A DNA stretch of 30,731 bases, taken from an uncultured Elusimicrobiaceae bacterium (GTDB lineage Bacteria; Elusimicrobiota; Elusimicrobia; Elusimicrobiales; UBA9959). The translations under genes were made by a program, and so were the position numbers. The stretch covers positions 1-30,731 of the forward strand of contig CAZYFL010000001.1 in the NCBI GenBank assembly GCA_964646805.1, in the 5' to 3' direction. Under the pieces are notes generated by a model, which worked only from the letters and a program-made list of their open reading frames with translations, did no database searches and was not told where the DNA came from. Below, one piece after another: positions 8,901 through 15,869 of the stretch; positions within the stretch are counted from its first letter, which is position 1; the number at the start of each line of letters is the position of its first letter.

Positions 8901-9050
8901 GGCGCGATAAAGAAAACCGTTGAGGTCAACTCAAGCCTCTGCAAGGGCTGCGGAGTCTGCCAGGGCACCTGCCCGAAGAAGGCCGTAGTAGTGAAAGGTT
9001 TTAAGCTGGAGCAGCTTTCCGCCATGGTGGACGGCTTGTTAAAAGAGTAG
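5931..9050 (+). CDS. hdrA: Large two-module HdrA-family flavoprotein (QmoA+QmoB-like fusion, about 1039 aa)
   Basis: Start at ATG 5931 (ATGA overlap with the upstream stop). Module 1: VVGGGIGG, LDKTFPTNDCAMC, inserted ferredoxin, CIGSRD..YCSAVCC. Module 2: RVGIFICHCG, ACTPRTH, NIRDQCSWVH, VLGGGLAG, CVGSRE..YCSRLCC, and C-terminal CDGCAYCVDPCP / CKGCGVCQGTCP. Confidence 0.92.
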   Translation: MNAAPKSNGGKIGAALVVGGGIGGMQASLDLAAAGIKVYLIDSGPCIGGVMAQLDKTFPTNDCAMCTMAPRLVEVSAHKDIKLITLAEVDTITGEAGSFTATLKIKPRFVDEEKCNGCGACVLVCPIGRIQPSSDKKNPQPLADEYNMGLSSRPAIYIPYPQAIPNKAVLDSANCLYFKTGKCSLCKKVCKVDAIDFEQKEKPITLNAGAIILTPGYELFDAGLKPEYGYGGFKNVLASLEFERILSASGPFQGKILRPSDKTEPKKIAFIQCIGSRDCERDYCSAVCCMYATKEALLAKEHLGEKLECDIYFMDLRAFSKGFEEYYLRARKNGINYIRCRPPSVEEVPQTKNLIIKYVAEDEKKASREYDLVVLSAGLRPPRHSGELAAKFGLVLNKHGFCANSVFAPVDSPKPGIFTAGAFTGPKDIPETVIQASSAAARALELLSEAKGSRISKKEYPLETDISGQEPRVGIFICHCGTNIAGVVNVEEVAEYAKKLPNVVYADNILYACANDSQEKIKKTIIGQKLNRVIVAACTPRTHESLFRNTIREAGLNSYLFEMANIRDQCSWVHMHEPGKATKKAKDLVRMALSKARLIEPLYRKNVPISKGVVVLGGGLAGMTAALSLANQGFDVHLIEKQAALGGNLRKLHYLSDVSSKPQQYLETITERVSRNKKIHIHVNAKIPVIEGFIGNFTTKLSDNGESGGEIKHGAIVVATGAGEHKPGEYLYGKNPNVLTQLELEERLANDGRSFLSAVGRAPKTVVMIQCVGSRETARPYCSRLCCNQAVKNALKIKELSPETNVYILYRDMRTYGFGEGYYTQARQEGVVFIRYDENKKPELAEHSGNLLSIKCFEPILRMDIVLNADLAVLSAAVVPQPENKELAQMLKVPLDANGFFLEAHMKLRPVDFANDGIFLCGMAHFPKAIDETIAQANAAAARVAAILSNDTMELDANISSVIDENCDGCAYCVDPCPYKAVTLIEYMKNGAIKKTVEVNSSLCKGCGVCQGTCPKKAVVVKGFKLEQLSAMVDGLLKE

Positions 9051-9054
9051 TTTT

Positions 9055-9510
9055 ATGGAAAACACCCCCGAATCAGCGATTGACACGGTTGCGGCTGGAA
9101 ACGTGTTTGAACCGGTTATTGTGGCGTTTTGCTGCAACTGGTGTTCCTACACCGGCGCAGATCTCGCGGGAACCTCCCGGTTTCAGTATCCGGCCAATAT
9201 CAGGATAGTACGGGTGATGTGTTCGGGCATGGTGCATCCGAACCTGGTAATAGACGCTTTCACCAAGGGCGCCGATGGTGTGATTATCTGCGGGTGCCAC
9301 CATGGCGACTGCCACTATATCGACGGAAACCTAAAGTGCGAAAAGCGCGTTGAGGCAATTAAGCTTTTGCTGGAAGATTTCGGCATTGAACAGGACCGGT
9401 TCAGGCTGGAATGGATTTCAGCTTCGGAGGGGCCCAGGTTCGCGCAGGTTATGACGGACATGACCGGGCAGGTTAGAAAACTCGGGCCGAGCCCGTATAA
9501 GGGAGGCTGA
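9055..9510 (+). CDS. mvhD: Methyl-viologen-reducing hydrogenase delta subunit ([2Fe-2S])
   Basis: IVAFCCNWCSYTGADLAG, RVMCSGMV, GADGV..GCHHGDCHY and ISASEG motifs. Confidence 0.93.
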   Translation: MENTPESAIDTVAAGNVFEPVIVAFCCNWCSYTGADLAGTSRFQYPANIRIVRVMCSGMVHPNLVIDAFTKGADGVIICGCHHGDCHYIDGNLKCEKRVEAIKLLLEDFGIEQDRFRLEWISASEGPRFAQVMTDMTGQVRKLGPSPYKGG

Positions 9511-9511
9511 T

Positions 9512-9703
9512 ATGGCTGAACCGGCTAAAATCATCAATTCAAAGAAATTCATGTGGGATGGCAGGGAATACGCCGATGCCGCCGGAGCCGCGGCCGCGGC
9601 AAAAACTTACGAGCAGGCGGGCTTTGAAGCGCAGGCGTTGGAAGAAGGCGGGAGACATCTGGTGTATTCAAGACGTTTGGCCGTGTCACAGACGACCTCA
9701 TAA
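9512..9703 (+). CDS. Small hypothetical protein embedded in the mvh operon
   Basis: 63 aa (KKFMWDGREY...YEQAGFE...LVYSRR). Strong RBS GGGAGG, 1-nt gap to mvhD, same strand. Confidence 0.7.
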   Translation: MAEPAKIINSKKFMWDGREYADAAGAAAAAKTYEQAGFEAQALEEGGRHLVYSRRLAVSQTTS

Positions 9704-9732
9704 GAGTCTAAACAAGTATAAGGAGGCGGATT

Positions 9733-10683
9733 ATGGCGGTAAAAGTAGCTGAAGAATGGCTTAATATATGCGGAGGATGCGAGGTTTCCATACTGGATAT
9801 AGGAGAACCGCTGGTTGAGATTCTGCCGCAGCTTGAGTTCGTGCATATGCCGGTACTGATGGATAATAAATATTACGGGCAGACAGGGGATAAACCGAAC
9901 CTAGAGATTCCCGGCGCGGATGTGGGCATAATCTCCGGCGGAGTACGCAACGAGAAGGAAAAGCATGTGGCATTGGAAATGCGCAAAAAATGCAAGACCG
10001 TAATTTCCCTCGGGTCCTGCGCCTGCTACGGCGGCATTCCGGCTCTGGCCAACATGTCCCCGAATGCGGAGCTCCTGGATAAAGTTTACAGGCAGAGCAA
10101 AAGCACCGAACCCGCCGAAACGCCGAAAGAAAATCTGCCTCCCCTTCTGGATCGGGTTTATGCGCTGGACGAAGTGATAAAGGTAGACATTTACATCCCG
10201 GGCTGTCCGACTTCGCCGGACTGGATCAAGGCCGCGATAACAGCCCTTTTAACCGGCAAGCCGTTTACGATGCCGGATAAGAGCGTCTGCGACGAATGCC
10301 CCACAAAACGCGAAAAGAAAGCCGCCGGCGGACAGATTAAGCGGTCGCTTGAAGGCGTTCAGTTCAAGCAGGGCGAACCGTGGGAAAATACCCGGTGTTA
10401 TATGGAGCAGGGGCATCTGTGCCTGGGCCCCGTAACCAGGGCCGGCTGCGCCGGCATCACCACTGAAGCCGGCGAATCGCCGGCGCCGCGCTGTATCAAG
10501 GGTTACATGCCCTGCAGAGGGTGTTTCGGCCCGGTAAAAAAGGATTCAAACCCCCTCGTTGACATGATGACGGCAATTTCCTCCATCGGCCTTGAAGCCG
10601 GCCAGGTGGCCGACCGCAGGGCTTTGCTTAACCGCTATATCGGCAGCCAGGGAAGATTACGACCGCTTCCCGCCAGGAAATAA
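9733..10683 (+). CDS. mvhG: Group 3c [NiFe]-hydrogenase small subunit
   Basis: WLNICGGCE, GSCACYGG, YIPGCP, CDEC, CYMEQGHLCLGP, and CIKGYMPCRGCFGP motifs. RBS AGGAGG. Confidence 0.92.
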   Translation: MAVKVAEEWLNICGGCEVSILDIGEPLVEILPQLEFVHMPVLMDNKYYGQTGDKPNLEIPGADVGIISGGVRNEKEKHVALEMRKKCKTVISLGSCACYGGIPALANMSPNAELLDKVYRQSKSTEPAETPKENLPPLLDRVYALDEVIKVDIYIPGCPTSPDWIKAAITALLTGKPFTMPDKSVCDECPTKREKKAAGGQIKRSLEGVQFKQGEPWENTRCYMEQGHLCLGPVTRAGCAGITTEAGESPAPRCIKGYMPCRGCFGPVKKDSNPLVDMMTAISSIGLEAGQVADRRALLNRYIGSQGRLRPLPARK

Positions 10684-10713
10684 TAAACTGTTAAAGAAGG
10701 AGACACAACCACT

Positions 10714-12159
10714 ATGGGAAAAATAATCACCATCGCGCCCGTATCAAGGCTTGAAGGGCACTTAAAAGTGTCAGTGAATCTCGATGATGCCGGCAATGTG
10801 TCCGACACGTTCGTGCAGGCGGTTGAACTGCGGGGGTTTGAAAAATTTTGTATAGGACGCCCCGTTGAGGAGATGCCGAGGATCGTCACTTCCATCTGCG
10901 GCGTCTGCCCCTGGTCGCATCACCTGGCGTCGGCCAAAGCCTGCGACGCGGTTTTCGGGGTTACACCCCCGCCTACCGGCAGGAAACTCCGGGAACTCTG
11001 CAATGCCATAGCCTACTGCGAGGAGCATATACTCCATTTCTTCTTCCTTGCCGGAGCGGACTTCGTGCTCGGCCCCGGCGCGGATTACAAGATCCGGAAC
11101 ATTTTCGGCATTGTCAAAGCCGCTCCGGAACTTTCGGCCAGGGTGGTAAGAGCAAGGCATCTGGGCGTGAGGATGCTCAATGTGGTCTCGGGCAAATCCA
11201 TACACCCCGTCACCGCCGTGCCGGGCGGGTTTTCAAAACCGCTTCGCGAAGAAGAGCGCAAGCTGATACTGCCAATGGCCGGAGAAGTGCTTGAGTTCGC
11301 CAAAATGGCCATAGCCTGGGCGAAAAAAGACATTTTCCCCAGATATCCGGATGCGGTTAAGACCATCGGAATAATAAAGACCGGCTTCATGGCCACCGTG
11401 GACGCGGGCGGCGCCATGAATCTCTATGACGGCAAGATACGGCTTATGAAGGCCGACGGCACGCACATAGACTTTGACGATTCAAACTACCTGGACTATA
11501 TAGGCGAGAAAGTCCTGCCCTGGTCATACATGAAGTTCCCCTACGCCAAAACCTGGGGCGAGGGGTTCTCCATGGATCTTGACAACCCGAAGGGCATCTA
11601 CAGGACCAATACGCTGGCGAGGGTAAATGCCTGCGAGAGCATCCCTACTCCTCTCGCCCAGGCCGAGCTTGAAGAGTTCAGGAAGCTTTTCGGCAGGCCC
11701 GTGCAGGCCACGCTCCTCTACAATTGGGCTAGGCTCATAGAGCTGCTCTACAATGCGGAGCGGACCGTGGAGCTCCTTAACGACAAGGAAATAACCGGCG
11801 CCGAAACGCGCGTGCCGGTAACGCCCAGGGCCGCCAGGGGCGTGGGCCACGTTGAGGCCCCGAGAGGTACGCTCTTCCACGACTACGAAACCGACGAGAA
11901 CGGCATGGTCAGGAACGTGAACCTTATCGTCGGGACCACTCATAACAACGGGCCCATAAACATGTCGGTGAAGCAGACCGCCATGGCGTTGATAAGGGAC
12001 GGCAAATACGACGAAGAAATTCTCAACAAGATTGAGATGTCCATCCGCGCCTATGACCCCTGCGTTTCCTGCGCCACGCACGACCTGGACGGGAAAATAA
12101 TGGTCAGCGTAGACATAAACGGTCCGGACGGAAAACTAATAAAAAATTTCCGAAATTAG
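10714..12159 (+). CDS. mvhA: Group 3c [NiFe]-hydrogenase large subunit
   Basis: SRLEGH, ELRGFE, L1 PRIVTSICGVCPWSHH, VEAPRGTLFH, LIVGTTHNN, and L2 RAYDPCVSCATH followed by a cleavable 25-aa C-terminal extension. Cys, not Sec. Confidence 0.95.
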   Translation: MGKIITIAPVSRLEGHLKVSVNLDDAGNVSDTFVQAVELRGFEKFCIGRPVEEMPRIVTSICGVCPWSHHLASAKACDAVFGVTPPPTGRKLRELCNAIAYCEEHILHFFFLAGADFVLGPGADYKIRNIFGIVKAAPELSARVVRARHLGVRMLNVVSGKSIHPVTAVPGGFSKPLREEERKLILPMAGEVLEFAKMAIAWAKKDIFPRYPDAVKTIGIIKTGFMATVDAGGAMNLYDGKIRLMKADGTHIDFDDSNYLDYIGEKVLPWSYMKFPYAKTWGEGFSMDLDNPKGIYRTNTLARVNACESIPTPLAQAELEEFRKLFGRPVQATLLYNWARLIELLYNAERTVELLNDKEITGAETRVPVTPRAARGVGHVEAPRGTLFHDYETDENGMVRNVNLIVGTTHNNGPINMSVKQTAMALIRDGKYDEEILNKIEMSIRAYDPCVSCATHDLDGKIMVSVDINGPDGKLIKNFRN

Positions 12160-12178
12160 GTGGATAAAACAAATCAGT

Positions 12179-12733
12179 ATGAATAAACAGGATAATCTTT
12201 CCGGGTTGCATCCGTCCGAAGAGCGGACGGAATACGATACGGACGGGAAAAGAACGCTGGTGATAGGCTGCGGGAACGTGTTACTCGGCGATGACGGTTT
12301 CGGCCCCGCGGTCATAAAAGCCCTTTCAACCGGGTCCGTGCCGCCGCACGTTGCGCTTATAGACGCCGGCACCGGTATAAGGAAGGTTCTCTTCAATATT
12401 GTGCTTTCAGAGCAAAAACCGGAAAAGATAATTATTCTCGACGCGGTCCGCAAAGAGGGACGCCGGCCGGGAGAAGTGTTTGAGCTGGCGCTAAATGAAA
12501 TGCCGCCGCAAAAGGCGGAGGACTTTTCCGTCCACCACCTGCCCACCACCAATATGCTGCGCGAACTTCAGAAGGACTGTGGCGTAAAAGTAATGATAAT
12601 AGCGGCGCAGGTTGCCATGCTTCCCTGTGAAATGTCCTGTGGTTTATCCGGGCCCGTAGCAAGAGCCGTCCTGAAAGCGAAGAAAATAGCAGCAAGGGAA
12701 CTGTGTGGGCAAACGAGCGGAGTGAGGCAATGA
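12179..12733 (+). CDS. Hydrogenase maturation endopeptidase (HycI/HyaD family)
   Basis: VIGCGNVLLGDDGFG, IDAG, IILDAV and SVHHLP motifs. Directly after mvhA. Confidence 0.92.
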   Translation: MNKQDNLSGLHPSEERTEYDTDGKRTLVIGCGNVLLGDDGFGPAVIKALSTGSVPPHVALIDAGTGIRKVLFNIVLSEQKPEKIIILDAVRKEGRRPGEVFELALNEMPPQKAEDFSVHHLPTTNMLRELQKDCGVKVMIIAAQVAMLPCEMSCGLSGPVARAVLKAKKIAARELCGQTSGVRQ

Positions 12734-14112
12734 GCGGCTTGATTCCGGAAATATTGCAGACAGAACTCCTGCAGGAGGTACTGGCTCAGACCAGGGAGCC
12801 GTCTTCGGCGGCTGTTTCGGAAATTCTTGACCGCGCGCGGGATAAGAAAGGGCTGGCCCTTAGAGATGTCGGCTATCTGGCGAACCTTAAAGAGCCGGAA
12901 CTCGTCCGCAAACTTTTTCATGCCGCAGCGGTTATAAAGCGGGAAATCTACGGCGAGCGGCTGGTTTTCTTCGCGCCGCTGTATATCTCCGACTATTGTG
13001 TTAACGATTGCGAATATTGTAATTTCCATGCCGGTAACAAGCAACTGGCGCGGCGCAAACTCACTATGGCTGAAGTGGGCGCTCAGACCGCATTCCTGAT
13101 AGACCAGGGACATAAAAGAATCCTGCTTGAGGCAGGCGAAGATCCGGTTAACAATGATATAGAATATATCGTTGATGCCATAAATAAAATATACTCCGTC
13201 CGGACTCCCAAAGGCAATATCCGCCGCATCAATGTTAACATTGCGGCCGCCACGGTGGAAAACTACCGTAAACTCAAAGGGGCCGGCATCGGCACCTATC
13301 AACTTTTTCAGGAGACCTACCACCGGCCGACTTATGAGCGGTTGCATTGCGGTCCGAAGGCGGACTTTGAACGCCAGATTACCGCCCATCTTCGCGCCTT
13401 TGAGGCAGGCATTGACGATGTCGGGGTGGGCGCGCTTTTCGGGCTTTATGACTGGCGGTTTGAGGCGCTTGCGCTGGTCGCGCACAGCCAGTATCTTGAA
13501 AAAACCAATAATGCAGGCCCGCACACTATTTCAGTGCCGCGGATATGCGCGGCGCCAACCGTTGACTATAAACCCCAATACCCCGTCAGCGACGACGATT
13601 TCCTTAAACTGATTGCTATCCTGCGGCTGGCCGTTCCGTATACCGGAATAATTCTCTCTACCAGGGAACGGCCGGAGGTCAGAAAGCTTGCCTTCAAGAT
13701 CGGTATTTCGCAGGCAAGCGCCGGATCGGTTGCCGTTACCGGCGGCTATGGCAAAAAGGAGCGGCAGCCGCAATTTACGATTAATGATGAACGCTCCATG
13801 CAGGACGTAATCAGCGATGTTATAAAAGATAAACATCTGCCCAGTTTCTGCACGGCTTGCTACCGGAGCGGCCGGACCGGCGAGCGCTTTATGGCGCTTG
13901 CCAAGCCGGGGGATATCCATAAATTATGCCGGCCCAACGCAATCATAACTTTCGCCGAATATCTGACCGATTGCGCCACTGACGAACTGCGCAAGAAAGG
14001 CGGCCGCCTCATTGAGGAATCCGTTAACGGAATAGAAGAACTTCCGCTGCGCCGGGAAACCAGGAATCGGCTTGCCCGCATCGCCGCCGGTGAACGGGAT
14101 ATTTATTTCTAA
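12730..14112 (+). CDS. hydG: HydG-type radical SAM tyrosine lyase (CO/CN- synthase)
   Basis: Start at ATG 12730 (ATGA overlap with the protease stop). FAPLYISDYCVNDCEYC (CX3CX2C), QLFQETYH, GPHTISVPR (dangler-Fe His), and C-terminal FCTACYR-x-CRPNA with CX2CX22C spacing, ending GERDIYF. These features separate HydG from ThiH. Confidence 0.9.
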   Translation: MSGLIPEILQTELLQEVLAQTREPSSAAVSEILDRARDKKGLALRDVGYLANLKEPELVRKLFHAAAVIKREIYGERLVFFAPLYISDYCVNDCEYCNFHAGNKQLARRKLTMAEVGAQTAFLIDQGHKRILLEAGEDPVNNDIEYIVDAINKIYSVRTPKGNIRRINVNIAAATVENYRKLKGAGIGTYQLFQETYHRPTYERLHCGPKADFERQITAHLRAFEAGIDDVGVGALFGLYDWRFEALALVAHSQYLEKTNNAGPHTISVPRICAAPTVDYKPQYPVSDDDFLKLIAILRLAVPYTGIILSTRERPEVRKLAFKIGISQASAGSVAVTGGYGKKERQPQFTINDERSMQDVISDVIKDKHLPSFCTACYRSGRTGERFMALAKPGDIHKLCRPNAIITFAEYLTDCATDELRKKGGRLIEESVNGIEELPLRRETRNRLARIAAGERDIYF

Positions 14113-14121
14113 GGAAGAGCT

Positions 14122-15390
14122 ATGTGTTACGCCATTCCCGGCAAAGTGGTGGAAATTAACGGCCAGGTTGCTACGGTTGATTATTACGGCGAATGCAGAA
14201 AAGCATATACCGACCTGACCGAAACTGCCATCGGAGACTATGTCTACGCCCAGGGCGGTTTTATCATCCGGACGGTTCCCGTACCTGAAGCGCGGGAGAT
14301 ACTCTCGGATTGGCGCGGACTTTTCTTCAAACTGCAGGGGATTGACCGGAAACTCACCAGCAACCCGCGCACTATCTACGGACGCGCCAACGCCATCAGA
14401 CATAAATATCAGGGTAATTCCTGTTGTGTCCACGGTATACTGGAATTCTCCAATTATTGCAAAAACAACTGCCTATACTGCGGCATCAGGAATGATAATA
14501 GCTCTGTTACCCGCTACCGGATGACGCCGGAGGAGATCCTGGAGGCGGTTGGCTATGCGGTAGAGAAATTGGGGTTTAAGGCGCTGGTGCTGCAATCCGG
14601 AGAAGATCCGTATTACGATGAGGATAAACTGGAAGGTATTGTCCGGGAGATTCGCGCGCGTTACCCCGTCCTTCTTTTTGTCTCAATAGGGGAACGGCCG
14701 CTGTCAACCTACCGGAAGCTGTACCAGGCCGGCGCGCGCGGGGCGCTTATCAGGTTTGAAACCGCTAACCCGGACATTTATGCCGGTGTAAAACCCGGTT
14801 GCGATCCTGCGCAGCGCGTTAAATTAATAAAAGAGATCGGTGAACTGGGCTATCTGATTATTACGGGTTTCCTGGTGGGATTGCCGGGTGAAACGAATCG
14901 TGACGTCATCAGGAATATCAAACTCACCGGAAAACTCGCAGGCGGCCGTTTTGAGGGGCAGAGGCCGGACAGGCTTGACGCAACTTCCGTTAAGGCGCAG
15001 ACAGGCCCTGTCGCCGAAGCTTCAATGAAGGAGGGGATGTTCTCATTCGGCCCGTTTATCGCTCATCCACGCACGCCGCTGGCAGGTACGCCGCCGCCGG
15101 AATTAAGCCGGATGCTTAATACTATTGCCCAGGCCAGGTTGATGTATCCCGCTGCGCGGATAGTTGTTACCACCGCATTGGAAACACTGGATACCCAAAA
15201 CGGCGCGCGGGAAGGGCTGATGGCCGGAGCCAATTCGCTGATGATAAATATAACGCCAATCAAATACCGCCGGCTCTATGAGATATATCCCAACCGCGCC
15301 GGCGCCGGGGATGACATCCCTGCAAGGATTGATTCCGTCCTGAAACTCCTCCATTCGCTGGGCAGGGCGCCGACCGATATCGGAATCTGA
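14122..15390 (+). CDS. hypC-hydE: Fusion: N-terminal HypC/HupF chaperone domain plus HydE-like (BioB/PylB superfamily) radical SAM domain
   Basis: N-terminus MCYAIPGKVVEI...GDYVYAQGGFII (HypC: MCLAIPGKVVEI...GDYVLVHxGFAI). Then HGILEFSNYCKNNCLYCGIR, YRMTPEEI, VLQSGED, RFETANPDIY, GFLVGLPGET, GPFIAHPRTPL and GANSLMINITPIKYRRLYEIYP, all HydE-like. One continuous 422-aa ORF. Confidence 0.85.
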   Translation: MCYAIPGKVVEINGQVATVDYYGECRKAYTDLTETAIGDYVYAQGGFIIRTVPVPEAREILSDWRGLFFKLQGIDRKLTSNPRTIYGRANAIRHKYQGNSCCVHGILEFSNYCKNNCLYCGIRNDNSSVTRYRMTPEEILEAVGYAVEKLGFKALVLQSGEDPYYDEDKLEGIVREIRARYPVLLFVSIGERPLSTYRKLYQAGARGALIRFETANPDIYAGVKPGCDPAQRVKLIKEIGELGYLIITGFLVGLPGETNRDVIRNIKLTGKLAGGRFEGQRPDRLDATSVKAQTGPVAEASMKEGMFSFGPFIAHPRTPLAGTPPPELSRMLNTIAQARLMYPAARIVVTTALETLDTQNGAREGLMAGANSLMINITPIKYRRLYEIYPNRAGAGDDIPARIDSVLKLLHSLGRAPTDIGI

Positions 15391-15464
15391 GAGAAGTCGG
15401 GTCTCTGTAAACCGGGTTTTCACCCACAGGAAACGGCGAAGACCCACTTTGTATAATTACCCCT

Positions 15465-15869
15465 ATGCATGAATGGGCTTTGGCTGAATCCGTTATAAAA
15501 GCGGCGGTTGAACACGCCGGCGCTGAAAAACTTAAAAAACTTAAAGAGACCGGCGTAGTCTTCGGCGGGCTGCAGGCCATAGACAAAGACGTCTTTGTTT
15601 TCGCGCTGGAGGAGATGCGCAAGCAGTTCCCCTGCGCCAAAGCCTGCAAATTCAAGATAATAAAACAGCCCGCGGCTTTCCGCTGCAAGGCCTGCTCTCA
15701 CGAGTTCACGTTAAAGGGCCTGAAAAAGACAAAAGACGAGGCCGAGTTCATACACTTCGTGCCCGAGATGGCGCATGCCTTCCTGAAATGCCCCAAATGT
15801 AAGAGCCCGGATTTTGAAATTTCCGCCGGGCGCGGCGTCAGTATCAGCTACATCAAGGGGAATAGATGA
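15465..15869 (+). CDS. hypA: Nickel metallochaperone HypA, long Thermococcales-like form
   Basis: MHEWALAESV Ni site, CKAC and CPKC Zn motifs separated by the extended EFIHFVPEMAHAFL segment, and GRGV C-terminus. Confidence 0.92.
   Translation: MHEWALAESVIKAAVEHAGAEKLKKLKETGVVFGGLQAIDKDVFVFALEEMRKQFPCAKACKFKIIKQPAAFRCKACSHEFTLKGLKKTKDEAEFIHFVPEMAHAFLKCPKCKSPDFEISAGRGVSISYIKGNR

Noticed and set aside
4732-9050. Sulfate-reduction Qmo locus
   Set aside because: No aprAB, sat or dsr genes are in the window, and the genes are coupled to mvhDGA instead. Sulfate reduction cannot be inferred.
5931-12159. Selenocysteine versions of HdrA, MvhD or MvhA
   Set aside because: All ORFs are uninterrupted, and the relevant positions (e.g. 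DPCVSC) are Cys codons. No in-frame TGA.
12730-14112. Annotation as thiamine biosynthesis ThiH
   Set aside because: It has the HydG-specific C-terminal CX2CX22C domain and the GPHTISVPR His, and no thi genes are nearby.
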